A DNA stretch of 59,367 nt from a virus (lineage: Duplodnaviria > Caudoviricetes), in IMG/VR virus record IMGVR_UViG_3300037419_001059, positions 1 to 59,367 of that record; one strand, 5' to 3'. Numbering within the stretch: the stretch's first letter is position 1; every line of letters starts with the position of its first letter. Shown here piece after piece: positions 18,744-27,685 of the stretch. Below the pieces are notes generated by a model, which searched no databases, was not told the DNA's origin, and saw only the letters and a list, made by a program, of their open reading frames with translations. The position numbers and the translations under genes were made by a program.

Positions 18744-21700
18744 TCTCTTCCTCCACCTGATCCATGATCTGCTTGAAGTTCTTTCCTGCGTATTCGATCA
18801 CGACGCAGTAGCCCCGCATGCCGGCACGCTGGTATTCCGTCGTACCGGAACCCAGGTTCAACATGACGTTGGTGCGCACGCCGCCAGGGAAAGCCTTCTT
18901 CATGGCTTCCATGAACGTGTGGACATTGTACTCGCGCTTGCCCAACCAGTCGTAGAGGACGGGTTGCGAGATGTGGAACACACGGTCCAGTTGCCCGTGC
19001 CGAACGTGGATCACGTCCAGGCGGGAATGGTCGCCCCGCACGTTGCAGGGCTTCGGGCGGCCCCGGCCGAGCGGCACATAGTCGGTGGTCAGGGTGTGCC
19101 GCGCCGCCATCTCGGACAGGAACTGCGCCAGGACCGACGACAGCACCTCCGGCTTCTGAATGTCCAGCGCAGTTGATCCACGGATCAATCGGAGGTTGCG
19201 CAATGTGTCCATGAGGAACCGGGTCAGCGCCATCACGTCGATCCGCGTCAGCCCGAGTTCGTTGGCGTAGCGGGCGCCCTGAATCGCGCACGCCATGGTG
19301 GCGATCCAGAACCGCTCGTCGTTGGGTGCCTTGAGCTTGGCGGTAAGCTGGTCCTGCACCTTCGCCATCTCGTCGGCGCAGCGCTGGTGGTTGGCCCCCA
19401 GGAACTTCGCGTACACGAGCCCGGCCTGCCCGTAATTGTCGTGGCACTGCGCCACGAGGCGGGAGGCCACGCCGTGGTTGGTCAGCGCCGTGGCTGCCGG
19501 CACCGGCACCTCGTACTCGAACACGCGGAGGATGCCGGCCTCGGTGGACTTCAGCCGCCGCTGGATCGTGTTGAGCAGGCTATCGTTCGAGGCCGCCATG
19601 ACCATGGTTTCCCACGACCCGGCCTCACGCTGAGTGGCGTCGGAGTTGAGGCGGGACTTCTCCTTGCCGCCCGAGATCTGGAACGCCAGCTTGACGAACG
19701 TCTCCTTCTGATCCTCGCCCTTCAGCTCGTCCCACATCAGCGGCAGCGAGCGGAGTTGACCGGCCTTGTTGATCACCGACATCCATGTGTCGCCGAGCGA
19801 GTTCATCCCCCGGATCGGGTGCCCCCACACGGCTTGCGACACCACCATGGCGGTCGTCTTGCCGATGCCCGAAGCGGTCGAGTAGGCCGAGACGATGGAG
19901 CCCGACTGCCCGGTGAACCGCATCAGCGGGGCGCCGAACGCCACGGCGAGCATCATATCAAGCGCCGGGCGCTTCTGGTCGGTGATGAACGCCGCCGCCG
20001 CCAGCCAGGGCGCCAGATCTCCGTGCGGGGTGTAGTGGCCCGCCAGCACCGGGTCAGGGCTCGCGGCCGGCTTGTCGGTGCCGGTCGTCCAGACCCGGCC
20101 GTTGTACACGAAACCGTCGAGCTTGGAGTTGAGCACCGACCATCCGAACGGGGCCGACGCCACGACGGCGTTCTTCGTCTGCTGAAGCTGTGTGATCCAT
20201 GCCATGAGGAAGTCGTTCAGGTGCGGGGCGTGGTGCCGGTTGACGATGAGACCTTGGTTGGCGAGGCGCTTGCCGTACTCGCGCGAGTTCAAGTCGCCGA
20301 GCGATATGCTGATCTGCGCCTCGAACCCGGCAGCGCCGAGCTTCGCTTGGAAGTGCAGCACCCACGGCGTGGACTGGAGCCACGCCGAGTGCAGCGGGTA
20401 CGGACACACGTCGATCAGCTTGACCGACTGGTCTTCCTGAATGACCGCCTTGGCGATTATGCCGGAGGGTCGGGAAATATATCCGGTGGGAAGAGGGCCG
20501 CTATGAGCCGGTCCACTTCCTGGGACAGGTCCTCCGCTTCCCGGCGACAGGCCGCCATTTGCTCCGGCAGCGACATGCCCCACGACGGGGGCGACGTAGG
20601 GCTGACCGAATGATAGCGGGCTCTTGTTGAGGGAACGCAGTGGGCAGGCTGCACACGACCCACAGCCAGCGTTCTCGATTGCTGCGCACGAAGGCCAGCC
20701 AAGGTTTCGCGCTTCCTTCTCCGCAACCTTGCGATCGTAAAGGGCGTCAGTGTCGGCATGACTGTACCCCTTGTGCCCTGCGGCCATCGCGTGTGCGACC
20801 TGCCGGCCGTCGCCACGCTGTGAAAGGGTGAAGGTCGCGAGCAGTGTCGTGAGGTTCCACAGCGGCTGCGCGTAGTCCTTGCCGCCCGTGTCGAGCGCGG
20901 TCTTCACGAACCCGCACAGCGGCGCCACGGTGTCGATGTCCACGGGCCGGGCTGCCGACGCCTGGATGCCGCCGGCCAGCTCCGCATTGGCCGAGCCGGG
21001 GCGCGTCTTGGCGTTGGGGTGCATCACCACGGTCGCGCCGAAGTACGGCAGCAGGATCTTGCGCATGTCCTCAAGCGGCACGTCGTGCGGCTGGACGCGG
21101 CTCGCCATGACCACCGGCAGCGGCGTCGGACCCTTGCGGTTGAACGTCTGCGGGACGCGCAGGATGCGGGCGCTGTCCACCGTGCAGGCCGTGTCCACCT
21201 TGAGCCCGTGCCGGCGCGTGGCCTCGGCCAGGGCGTTCGCCAGCGGCTGCCACTCGGGCTGCGGCAGCGCCTTGTCGAGCACCCAGTAGATGTGCGCGCC
21301 GCCCGTGCCGCTCGCCACCATCAGCGTCGGGATCGGCAGGCCGACTTCCGCGATGAACCGGCGCAGCTCGGCCAGCGCCGCCTTGGTGTCGGCGTACCCG
21401 TCCGCCTTGACATCGAGATCGAGGAACAGGGAGCGGATGGCCGCGACGTTCTCGGTGGCGCGCTTGGCCTCCATGAACGACCGCTGGCCGATGACCTTGG
21501 CCTCGGCGAGCTGCTGCGACGACATGCACGCGTAGATGTCCCGTGCATCGGAGCGGCTGCCGAGCAACCAATTCAGTTGACCCACGGCATCGTCGGGCGA
21601 CGTGAACGCCTGCCCGTTGAGGTAGAACTTCTTGTTGGTTTTCGGGTGTTCGGGTTTGGATGGATCGAACTTCTTGTTCGGCACCGTCCAGTGCAAATTG

Positions 21701-21765
21701 ACGAACGCGCCGTCCACCCAGGGAACGACGCGTGTCAGATATTCTTTCGCCTGATCCAACATCAC
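18718..21765 (-). CDS. Primase-helicase (N-terminal primase, Zn motif, DUF927-type P-loop helicase)
   Basis: FLDLDVK, SGTGGAHIYW and ARILRVP primase motifs; a Cys cluster; STASGIGKTT Walker A and WDE Walker B. Confidence 0.8.
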   Translation of the reverse strand: MMLDQAKEYLTRVVPWVDGAFVNLHWTVPNKKFDPSKPEHPKTNKKFYLNGQAFTSPDDAVGQLNWLLGSRSDARDIYACMSSQQLAEAKVIGQRSFMEAKRATENVAAIRSLFLDLDVKADGYADTKAALAELRRFIAEVGLPIPTLMVASGTGGAHIYWVLDKALPQPEWQPLANALAEATRRHGLKVDTACTVDSARILRVPQTFNRKGPTPLPVVMASRVQPHDVPLEDMRKILLPYFGATVVMHPNAKTRPGSANAELAGGIQASAARPVDIDTVAPLCGFVKTALDTGGKDYAQPLWNLTTLLATFTLSQRGDGRQVAHAMAAGHKGYSHADTDALYDRKVAEKEARNLGWPSCAAIENAGCGSCAACPLRSLNKSPLSFGQPYVAPVVGHVAAGANGGLSPGSGGPVPGSGPAHSGPLPTGYISRPSGIIAKAVIQEDQSVKLIDVCPYPLHSAWLQSTPWVLHFQAKLGAAGFEAQISISLGDLNSREYGKRLANQGLIVNRHHAPHLNDFLMAWITQLQQTKNAVVASAPFGWSVLNSKLDGFVYNGRVWTTGTDKPAASPDPVLAGHYTPHGDLAPWLAAAAFITDQKRPALDMMLAVAFGAPLMRFTGQSGSIVSAYSTASGIGKTTAMVVSQAVWGHPIRGMNSLGDTWMSVINKAGQLRSLPLMWDELKGEDQKETFVKLAFQISGGKEKSRLNSDATQREAGSWETMVMAASNDSLLNTIQRRLKSTEAGILRVFEYEVPVPAATALTNHGVASRLVAQCHDNYGQAGLVYAKFLGANHQRCADEMAKVQDQLTAKLKAPNDERFWIATMACAIQGARYANELGLTRIDVMALTRFLMDTLRNLRLIRGSTALDIQKPEVLSSVLAQFLSEMAARHTLTTDYVPLGRGRPKPCNVRGDHSRLDVIHVRHGQLDRVFHISQPVLYDWLGKREYNVHTFMEAMKKAFPGGVRTNVMLNLGSGTTEYQRAGMRGYCVVIEYAGKNFKQIMDQVEEENGHSADLS

Positions 21766-21787
21766 ATGGCTTCCCCCTCAGAAGGGA

Positions 21788-21812
21788 ACGCCGGGGCACT
21801 CTGCCCCGGCGT
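21788..21812 (-). terminator. GC-rich hairpin between the SSB-like and primase genes
   Basis: ACGCCGGGGCA-CTC-TGCCCCGGCGT, an 11-bp perfect stem with a weak U-tail. Confidence 0.45.
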
Positions 21813-21818
21813 CGTCAC

Positions 21819-23060
21819 TCACATGCCCGCCATGCTGTCGAGGAAGCTGTCGAAGTCAGCAGCCGCAACAGGTGCGCCAGGAGCCTCGCTGACGGCCGGG
21901 GCCGCCTGGACGGGTGCCGGTGCCTGCGGAGCCGGGGGCGCCGCCTGGAGGGGCTGCTGGGCCGGTTCCTGGGGCATCGGCTGCACAGGAGCCTGCGGCA
22001 CCGGGGGCGCCGCCTGGACGGGGGGAGCCTGGACAGGGGCGGCCTGCACGGGCGCCGGCTGCGGATGCGGCATGAATTGCTGCTCCGGCAGTGGCTGGTG
22101 GACCGGCTGCGGCGCGGGCTGGGGCTGCACAGGAGCGGGCTGGTAGGCCGGCTGAGTCGCCGCCTGCGGAGCCTGCTGCGGGACCGGAGCGGGGATCTGC
22201 ACGCCGGGAGGCGCACCGAACAGCGGTTCCTGGGGCGGCAGAGCCGGGGCCACCTGGGGCTGGACCTCTGCCGTGTTCAGGATGCGCTGCACCCGCTCGT
22301 CGTCGCGCAGCCGCTGGATCAGCGCCACACCGTCATCGCTCAGCGGGCGGGACGGCTTGAAGTTGATCTGCGGGTACGCCTCGTCGCCTTCGAAGTAGAG
22401 GTACACCGCCACCGCCCAGAACGGGTAGCCGTTGCGGTCCATCAGCCCGGCGAAGTTCTGGAGGTTGCGCAAGCTAGCCGGCGGGATGCGCAGCAGCATC
22501 GGGCCGCCGTTGGCCTCGTTCTCCAGATCCTGTGCCGGCACCACGGCCAGACGCTTCGTGTCCTGGCACGCCTTGCCCCGGCCGTTGCCGTCCGCCGACA
22601 CGCGGCTGCCGAACTGGTTCCACTTGCAAGTGGCGCACAGATCGCTCTGCCGCTTGGGCGACGCGAGATCGGGGGTGATGCCGTTGCTGGAGGCGCAGTC
22701 CGGCGGGGCGTTCGAGCCCTCGACATACGCCTGTTCGTACCACGTCTTGGTCAGGTGGTTCGTGGCCTTGATGATGACCAGCTCGATATACGAGCGGTTG
22801 GTCTCCATGCCGGTGCGCGGATCGACATCCTTCAGGATGGTGTCCTCACCGTTGTACTTGATGTGCCACGCCTTGCCCTTGTAGCCGATGACGCCGAAGC
22901 CACCGGTGATGCCACCGCCCAGCTCTGACATCTCGCCCGGCTGCCGTGCCTGCATCGCGGCGAGCGCCCGCTGCGACAGCGAGTTGGCATCGAAGCCGGC
23001 GCGCGGGTCGAAGATCGAGAGGGGGTTGACGCCGTTGATGACCTGAAGACCGTTTGCCAT
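21819..23060 (-). CDS. ssDNA-binding/annealing-like replication protein with Pro/Gln-rich tail
   Basis: PDC.S.NG..P...C..C..N.FGS....GKAC motif and an acidic C-terminal tip. Lies in the replication module. Confidence 0.55.
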   Translation of the reverse strand: MANGLQVINGVNPLSIFDPRAGFDANSLSQRALAAMQARQPGEMSELGGGITGGFGVIGYKGKAWHIKYNGEDTILKDVDPRTGMETNRSYIELVIIKATNHLTKTWYEQAYVEGSNAPPDCASSNGITPDLASPKRQSDLCATCKWNQFGSRVSADGNGRGKACQDTKRLAVVPAQDLENEANGGPMLLRIPPASLRNLQNFAGLMDRNGYPFWAVAVYLYFEGDEAYPQINFKPSRPLSDDGVALIQRLRDDERVQRILNTAEVQPQVAPALPPQEPLFGAPPGVQIPAPVPQQAPQAATQPAYQPAPVQPQPAPQPVHQPLPEQQFMPHPQPAPVQAAPVQAPPVQAAPPVPQAPVQPMPQEPAQQPLQAAPPAPQAPAPVQAAPAVSEAPGAPVAAADFDSFLDSMAGM

Positions 23061-23116
23061 GAGTGCTGTGTCCTTGTGGTGCTTCTCAGTGGTGGAAGAG
23101 TGATCCGTGGATCAAC

Positions 23117-23584
23117 TCAGGATCGACGGATGTTGACGACGGCCTCGGAGGAGAACTTCACGCCCGGCACCGGGGCCTTCGTTTCCACCATGGCTTCGTG
23201 AACCGCGTTGGCGTTCGCCTTCCAGTCGGCGAGGTGCCATGCCTCGGCGCCGATGACGTGCCGGCGGAACGTCGCGCCGTCCTCGATGGTGGCCGAGTGG
23301 CGCACCGTGCGGTAGGCGGTGCCGATGCCCTTCGCCACGGCGTTGTCGCTGTTGGTGCCGTTGAGGTGGTTGAGGAACCCCTGCTCTAACGCGTCGAGTG
23401 CAGTATTGATCGGCGCCAGCTCGGCCTTGTGCCGATCCTGCATCTCTTTTTTCTTGTCGCGGATCTTGATGTAGCGGTCGATATACCGCGCGATGTCGGT
23501 CGAGACGTTCGGCACGACGAGCGGGGGCGGGGGAGCCGGGACGAGAATAGAACCGGCAGTCTGTGGAGGGGTCTGCATGTTCAT
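23117..23584 (-). CDS. Conserved hypothetical replication-module protein
   Basis: 155 aa with a coiled coil and a PVPGV C-terminus, between the helicase and SSB-like genes. Confidence 0.6.
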   Translation of the reverse strand: MNMQTPPQTAGSILVPAPPPPLVVPNVSTDIARYIDRYIKIRDKKKEMQDRHKAELAPINTALDALEQGFLNHLNGTNSDNAVAKGIGTAYRTVRHSATIEDGATFRRHVIGAEAWHLADWKANANAVHEAMVETKAPVPGVKFSSEAVVNIRRS

Positions 23585-23604
23585 GGATCACCGTGGGGTT
23601 AGGG

Positions 23605-25185
23605 TTATAACTGATTACTTGCAAACAAAGCAAGTACCGAGTCCTGCATCTTCTGTTTACTTTTGAGCTTCGTGTAGATCGTTTTCTCCGCTTTCGTGGA
23701 TTGGTACATCAGGACCAGTTGCCGATGCTTCTGGCCCACACGGCGAATACGGGCGTTCGCCTGCTCGAATGTCTCAAGCGAGGCTAGCGGCCCGAACCAG
23801 ATGATCGTGTCGGCACGCGTGAGCGTGATGCCGTGCGACATACACTGCGGATGCGCCACGATGACCTTGTACTTGTCGGTGTTCTGAAACAGGTTGAACA
23901 CCTGATCACGCTCTTTGCTCGGCGTGTCGCCGGACACGACGGCGTGCTCGATCTTGGCCTTCGTCAGCCGCTCCGAGATGCCGGCCAGCGTGTGGATGAA
24001 CGGCGCGAACACGATGCACTTCTGCGAGCACTCGTTCACGTCCTGCTCAAGCCGGTCGAGCCGGGCGTGATTGTCCAGGCTGACGATGTGCCGCTCAGTG
24101 GCACCGGGCTTCATCGCGTAGATGTAGCCGGTCGAGACCTGAAGCATCTTGTTGAGCATGGCGCCCGCGTTGACGGCGGTGATCTCGCCAGAGTCCACCT
24201 GAGCGTAGGCTTCCTTGCGCAGAGCCTCGTACACCTCCGTCTGCTTCGGCCCCATGTCGATCTGCACGTCCTGCATCACCACGTCCGGCAGCTCGGTCAC
24301 GTCGTCCAGCGTGAACCGCACCGCCGGCTGCATCACGCGCAGCACCGTGTCCTTGGCGTCCGGCCGCGGAGCGTACTTGAACTGGCTCACCTTCGTCATG
24401 GTCGCCTCGCGGAAGTGCGAGAAGCGACGCGGCATGCTGTTCGGCGTGAGCACCATGCACTGGCCGTAGGCGTCGGTCGGGGACTCCGGCGTCGGGCTGC
24501 CGGTCATGCCCCAGGCCCAGGCCCTGGCGTTCGGCGTGCCGTTGCCGATCAGCGCCCGCAGCGCCTTGTTCTTCTCCGAGCCGAAGTTGCGGAACGCCGT
24601 CAGCTCATCGATCACCACCACGTCGATGTCGGGGCGCTTCTGGAGTTCGCCCAGGATCACCTCGATGCCATCCGGGTTGATGATGTAGATGTCGTGTTCT
24701 TCGGCGAGCCGCTTCAGGCGCTTGTCTTTAGAACCATGCAAAACTGTCGCGGATAGGTGCGGCATCAACTTGAACGCATCCCGCGCCCAGGTGAAGTGCA
24801 GCGTGGACAGCGGCGCGATGACCAGCATCTTCCTGGCGAGCCCGACCGACCGCAGGTAGTCGAACGCCCACAGGGCGCACCGCGTCTTGCCGGTGCCCTT
24901 GTCGTTGAGCACGTAGCCGCGCGGCTCGGTCGTCAGCATCGCCACTGTCTTGCGCTGCGCCTCGAACGGCGGCTGCCCAGGCGGATGGGGCCACGCGTAT
25001 TGTGTCAGCACGGGTGCCGGCACCTGAAAGCCCATGGCCCGCAGGAGCCGTACCGACTTCAGCTCGTGGGGGATCAGAGCCGACTGGCCCTCGAACGGCA
25101 CCACCTGTGCCCCAGGGAATTGCTGGAGCACAGCGGGGATCGCCGGCACCGCCAGGAGCTTCCGTTTCGTGCTGACGTGAATCAT
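23605..25185 (-). CDS. SNF2-like (SF2) helicase
   Basis: DKGTGKT, VIDE, MTGSP and QANARIRRVGQ motifs. Confidence 0.9.
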   Translation of the reverse strand: MIHVSTKRKLLAVPAIPAVLQQFPGAQVVPFEGQSALIPHELKSVRLLRAMGFQVPAPVLTQYAWPHPPGQPPFEAQRKTVAMLTTEPRGYVLNDKGTGKTRCALWAFDYLRSVGLARKMLVIAPLSTLHFTWARDAFKLMPHLSATVLHGSKDKRLKRLAEEHDIYIINPDGIEVILGELQKRPDIDVVVIDELTAFRNFGSEKNKALRALIGNGTPNARAWAWGMTGSPTPESPTDAYGQCMVLTPNSMPRRFSHFREATMTKVSQFKYAPRPDAKDTVLRVMQPAVRFTLDDVTELPDVVMQDVQIDMGPKQTEVYEALRKEAYAQVDSGEITAVNAGAMLNKMLQVSTGYIYAMKPGATERHIVSLDNHARLDRLEQDVNECSQKCIVFAPFIHTLAGISERLTKAKIEHAVVSGDTPSKERDQVFNLFQNTDKYKVIVAHPQCMSHGITLTRADTIIWFGPLASLETFEQANARIRRVGQKHRQLVLMYQSTKAEKTIYTKLKSKQKMQDSVLALFASNQL

Positions 25186-25418
25186 GGGAGTGTTCTATAC
25201 TTTTCTGCGTCGGGGAACTTGCGGAGCAAGGTCTCGGTAAAATCGACGTGGTATTCCCACGCTGGACCTGCCCACCTTTCTTTTACGCACATGACGAAAT
25301 TTGCCGTCTTCCCCGTGGTTCTCAGTGTCCATCCGATGAATACCCAGGGATTGTCCAGGGTATCGTGGACTACAGCGCCTAACGGGAAATCAAATTCTGT
25401 TTCTAGCCTTACGCTCAT
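25182..25418 (-). CDS. Hypothetical protein
   Basis: 78 aa, coupled by ATGA overlaps on both sides. Confidence 0.6.
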   Translation of the reverse strand: MSVRLETEFDFPLGAVVHDTLDNPWVFIGWTLRTTGKTANFVMCVKERWAGPAWEYHVDFTETLLRKFPDAEKYRTLP

Positions 25419-25882
25419 GTCGTCCCTACCAGCTTGAGGAACTTAGCCCTGACCTTGGACCCTGGCCTGTTCCTTGAGTTCATTGATGGCGTACACCAGC
25501 GAAGATTCCGCCGCCGGCAGTCCAGGGTCTTCCCGTTGAGGTGATCCCCCACAGCACGCCGATACCGTGGCTCACCGACAGCCCGAGTGAGTATCTCGCG
25601 GTGTAGCCACCGCGTGGTGCCACCCGCGCAGTTGCGGGCGTAGATGTGATCAGGGCGAGGAGACACCCAATAGTCAGGGAACAGCTCAACAAACTCGCCC
25701 GAGCCGTAGGTGTGGCACCAATTGAGCTTGCGCGCCCACTCATAGTCCTGCCGATCCACGATGGCGTGGATGTCCCAACGGTCGGAGAGTGAGATGTAGC
25801 ATGGGTCATCGGGCAGCTCGGGTTGGAATGTGTTCGGGTCGAAGGGGTCGGCGAGCAGCGTCGCGGGATCGACGCGGATCAT
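25415..25882 (-). CDS. HNH endonuclease
   Basis: LHR...DHLNGKTLDCRRRNLRWCTPSMNSRN motif. Confidence 0.8.
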   Translation of the reverse strand: MIRVDPATLLADPFDPNTFQPELPDDPCYISLSDRWDIHAIVDRQDYEWARKLNWCHTYGSGEFVELFPDYWVSPRPDHIYARNCAGGTTRWLHREILTRAVGEPRYRRAVGDHLNGKTLDCRRRNLRWCTPSMNSRNRPGSKVRAKFLKLVGTT

Positions 25883-26205
25883 GAGTTGATCCCTGGATCA
25901 ATTGCGCCCCGTGAATTGGCGTCGAGGAACCGCTTGAGCTGCATGTAGCCGTACTGGTCGCCGACCCGCACCACGAACACGGCACCGCCGGCAGCCAGGA
26001 TCGCGTTCATGCACGCAGTCTGCCGGTCGGTCAGCTTGCCGTTCTCGGCCTTGGTCTCGACGGCAAACATCAAACCGCTGATGCAGCCGATGAAGTCCAG
26101 CGTAGACTTGCCGTAACCGGACGGCACCGGCATGTCGTACCAAACATGTGGGTAGAGTGCGAGAAGATCTTTGACCTTCTTCTTAGCCTTTCCTTCCGGC
26201 GTCAT
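25879..26205 (-). CDS. VRR-NUC domain nuclease
   Basis: MTPE...LDF...AVETKA...LTDRQ pattern. Start reassigned to ATG 26205. Confidence 0.8.
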   Translation of the reverse strand: MTPEGKAKKKVKDLLALYPHVWYDMPVPSGYGKSTLDFIGCISGLMFAVETKAENGKLTDRQTACMNAILAAGGAVFVVRVGDQYGYMQLKRFLDANSRGAIDPGINS

Positions 26206-26207
26206 GC

Positions 26208-26507
26208 TCACCTCACCAGTGCCAGTTTCGCGAGGATCATGTCGAGGTCGATGTGCGTGTTCCACATCGGCATCGGGAACTTCAGTGGATACTTCGGCGT
26301 GTCATCGGTTGGCTTGCGGGCTGCACGGATCTTCAGCCCCTCGCTGATGCGCGAGTACCAGAAGATCATCTCCCGAATGCCGTGGCCAGGGTGGACGATA
26401 ATTTCAAACTTCACAAGCACCACGTCGGACGCGCAGTGTCGTTGCAACTGATCCATCAGCACTGCGCCGGAGCGCTCAGTGATGGCGCTTATTGGGATGC
26501 CGGCCAT
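26208..26507 (-). CDS. Hypothetical protein
   Basis: 99-aa ORF tightly packed in the operon. Confidence 0.55.
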   Translation of the reverse strand: MAGIPISAITERSGAVLMDQLQRHCASDVVLVKFEIIVHPGHGIREMIFWYSRISEGLKIRAARKPTDDTPKYPLKFPMPMWNTHIDLDMILAKLALVR

Positions 26508-26509
26508 GG

Positions 26510-26752
26510 TCAGCTCATTGTCGGGTAGTGAACTTGCGTCCAGATACCTGTGGCGTAGACAGCTTGAACTTCTTCCATAAATCTAGACACGTAAGGCGGT
26601 CGCGAGCAATCAGTCTGTTGCTGCCAGTATTCGTACTCTGGATCCGGTACGTATCGTATAAGTTTAAGCACGCCTGTTGTGCTGATTTTAGCGTATCCAT
26701 GCCCACATGTATGGATAGACCCATCGGCAAGATGAACACGTACAACACGCAT
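26510..26752 (-). CDS. Hypothetical protein (AT-rich)
   Basis: 80-aa ORF tightly packed in the operon. Confidence 0.55.
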   Translation of the reverse strand: MRVVRVHLADGSIHTCGHGYAKISTTGVLKLIRYVPDPEYEYWQQQTDCSRPPYVSRFMEEVQAVYATGIWTQVHYPTMS

Positions 26753-26755
26753 AGA

Positions 26756-27505
26756 TCAATCCTTCGGATTGTGTTCGCAGGACTTCACGGGGCACCATCC
26801 GCACAGCCCCGAAGGCTTGGGCGGGAACGTGTTCTGCTGCACGTCCTTCGTGTAGCGCCCCACCTCCGGCAGGATCTTCGTCCAGAACTCCGGCATCTGC
26901 TCGCGGGTCACGTCGAGCGTCGTCGTGGCATCTTCCTTGAGCCAGACGTAGAGGGTGCGGATCTTCATCACCTGGGGGTACTGCGCGAAGATCATCGCGG
27001 CCGAGATCAGGAGCTGATCCTTCTCGCGGTCGTCCACCTTGCCGGTCTTCCAGTCGTACAGGACCGCGCACGGCCCGAGGATCTTGGACACGTCGATCTT
27101 TGCCCGCAGCCAGACGTTGCGGGTCCGGTCCATCCACTCGCACGGCACGAAGTCGTCGGTCATGGCAAGCTGCTGCTCGCCCTTGAGGATGCCGCCCGTG
27201 GCCTGCTCCCAGGAGGCCGCCGTGGGGTGGCCCTGGAGGATCTTCTGGACGGCCTGTTCCATGTTCATCTGCACGCCGGCTTGCAGCGGCTGCGGGATCG
27301 TTGATCCATGGATCAATCGCTTCTCAAGCGCATCGTGAATGGCGTTGCCGTACTCGATGTGCTCGTTGGTGTCGCCGCTGCCCCACTTCTTGGCGATGTC
27401 CACTTCCGCGTGCCGGCGTGGACAGGAACGCCAATTCTTGAGCTTACTGAAGCTCCAGGCCACGAAGCGGGGTCGGCGATGGGTTGTCGTGGTTTGGAAC
27501 GGCAT
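26756..27505 (-). CDS. PD-(D/E)xK exonuclease (Cas4/RecB-like)
   Basis: WSFS...CPR, G.AIH, KID...DWKTGK, QL and C-terminal LCGWCP...C motifs. Confidence 0.85.
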   Translation of the reverse strand: MPFQTTTTHRRPRFVAWSFSKLKNWRSCPRRHAEVDIAKKWGSGDTNEHIEYGNAIHDALEKRLIHGSTIPQPLQAGVQMNMEQAVQKILQGHPTAASWEQATGGILKGEQQLAMTDDFVPCEWMDRTRNVWLRAKIDVSKILGPCAVLYDWKTGKVDDREKDQLLISAAMIFAQYPQVMKIRTLYVWLKEDATTTLDVTREQMPEFWTKILPEVGRYTKDVQQNTFPPKPSGLCGWCPVKSCEHNPKD

Positions 27506-27553
27506 GAATTGCTCACAATTCGTGGAGCGGTGCCCGCAAGCAGCGCTCGTTAG

Positions 27554-27586
27554 TATTACGTAATAGATATGTTATCTTCTGTCAAG
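27554..27586 (-). promoter_or_regulatory. Leftward promoter with TATTACGTAATA operator
   Basis: CTTGACA on the minus strand (27580-27586) followed by the palindrome at 27554-27565. Confidence 0.55.
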
Positions 27587-27685
27587 TCTATCCGCAATGT
27601 TCTTAAGCTGGTTGCCTATGCGATCTAGAGATACTGCACAAACCATAAGGACAACCCAGACGCAGAACAGCCAATACGCGGTCAT
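27572..27685 (-). CDS. Small membrane peptide (37 aa, not in ORF track)
   Basis: MTAYWLFCVWVVLMVCAVSLDRIGNQLKNIADRLDRR. ATGA overlap with the polymerase stop. Confidence 0.5.
   Translation of the reverse strand: MTAYWLFCVWVVLMVCAVSLDRIGNQLKNIADRLDRR

Noticed and set aside
26756-27505. Cas4 indicating a CRISPR system
   Set aside because: It is a stand-alone phage exonuclease in the replication module, with no array or other cas genes.
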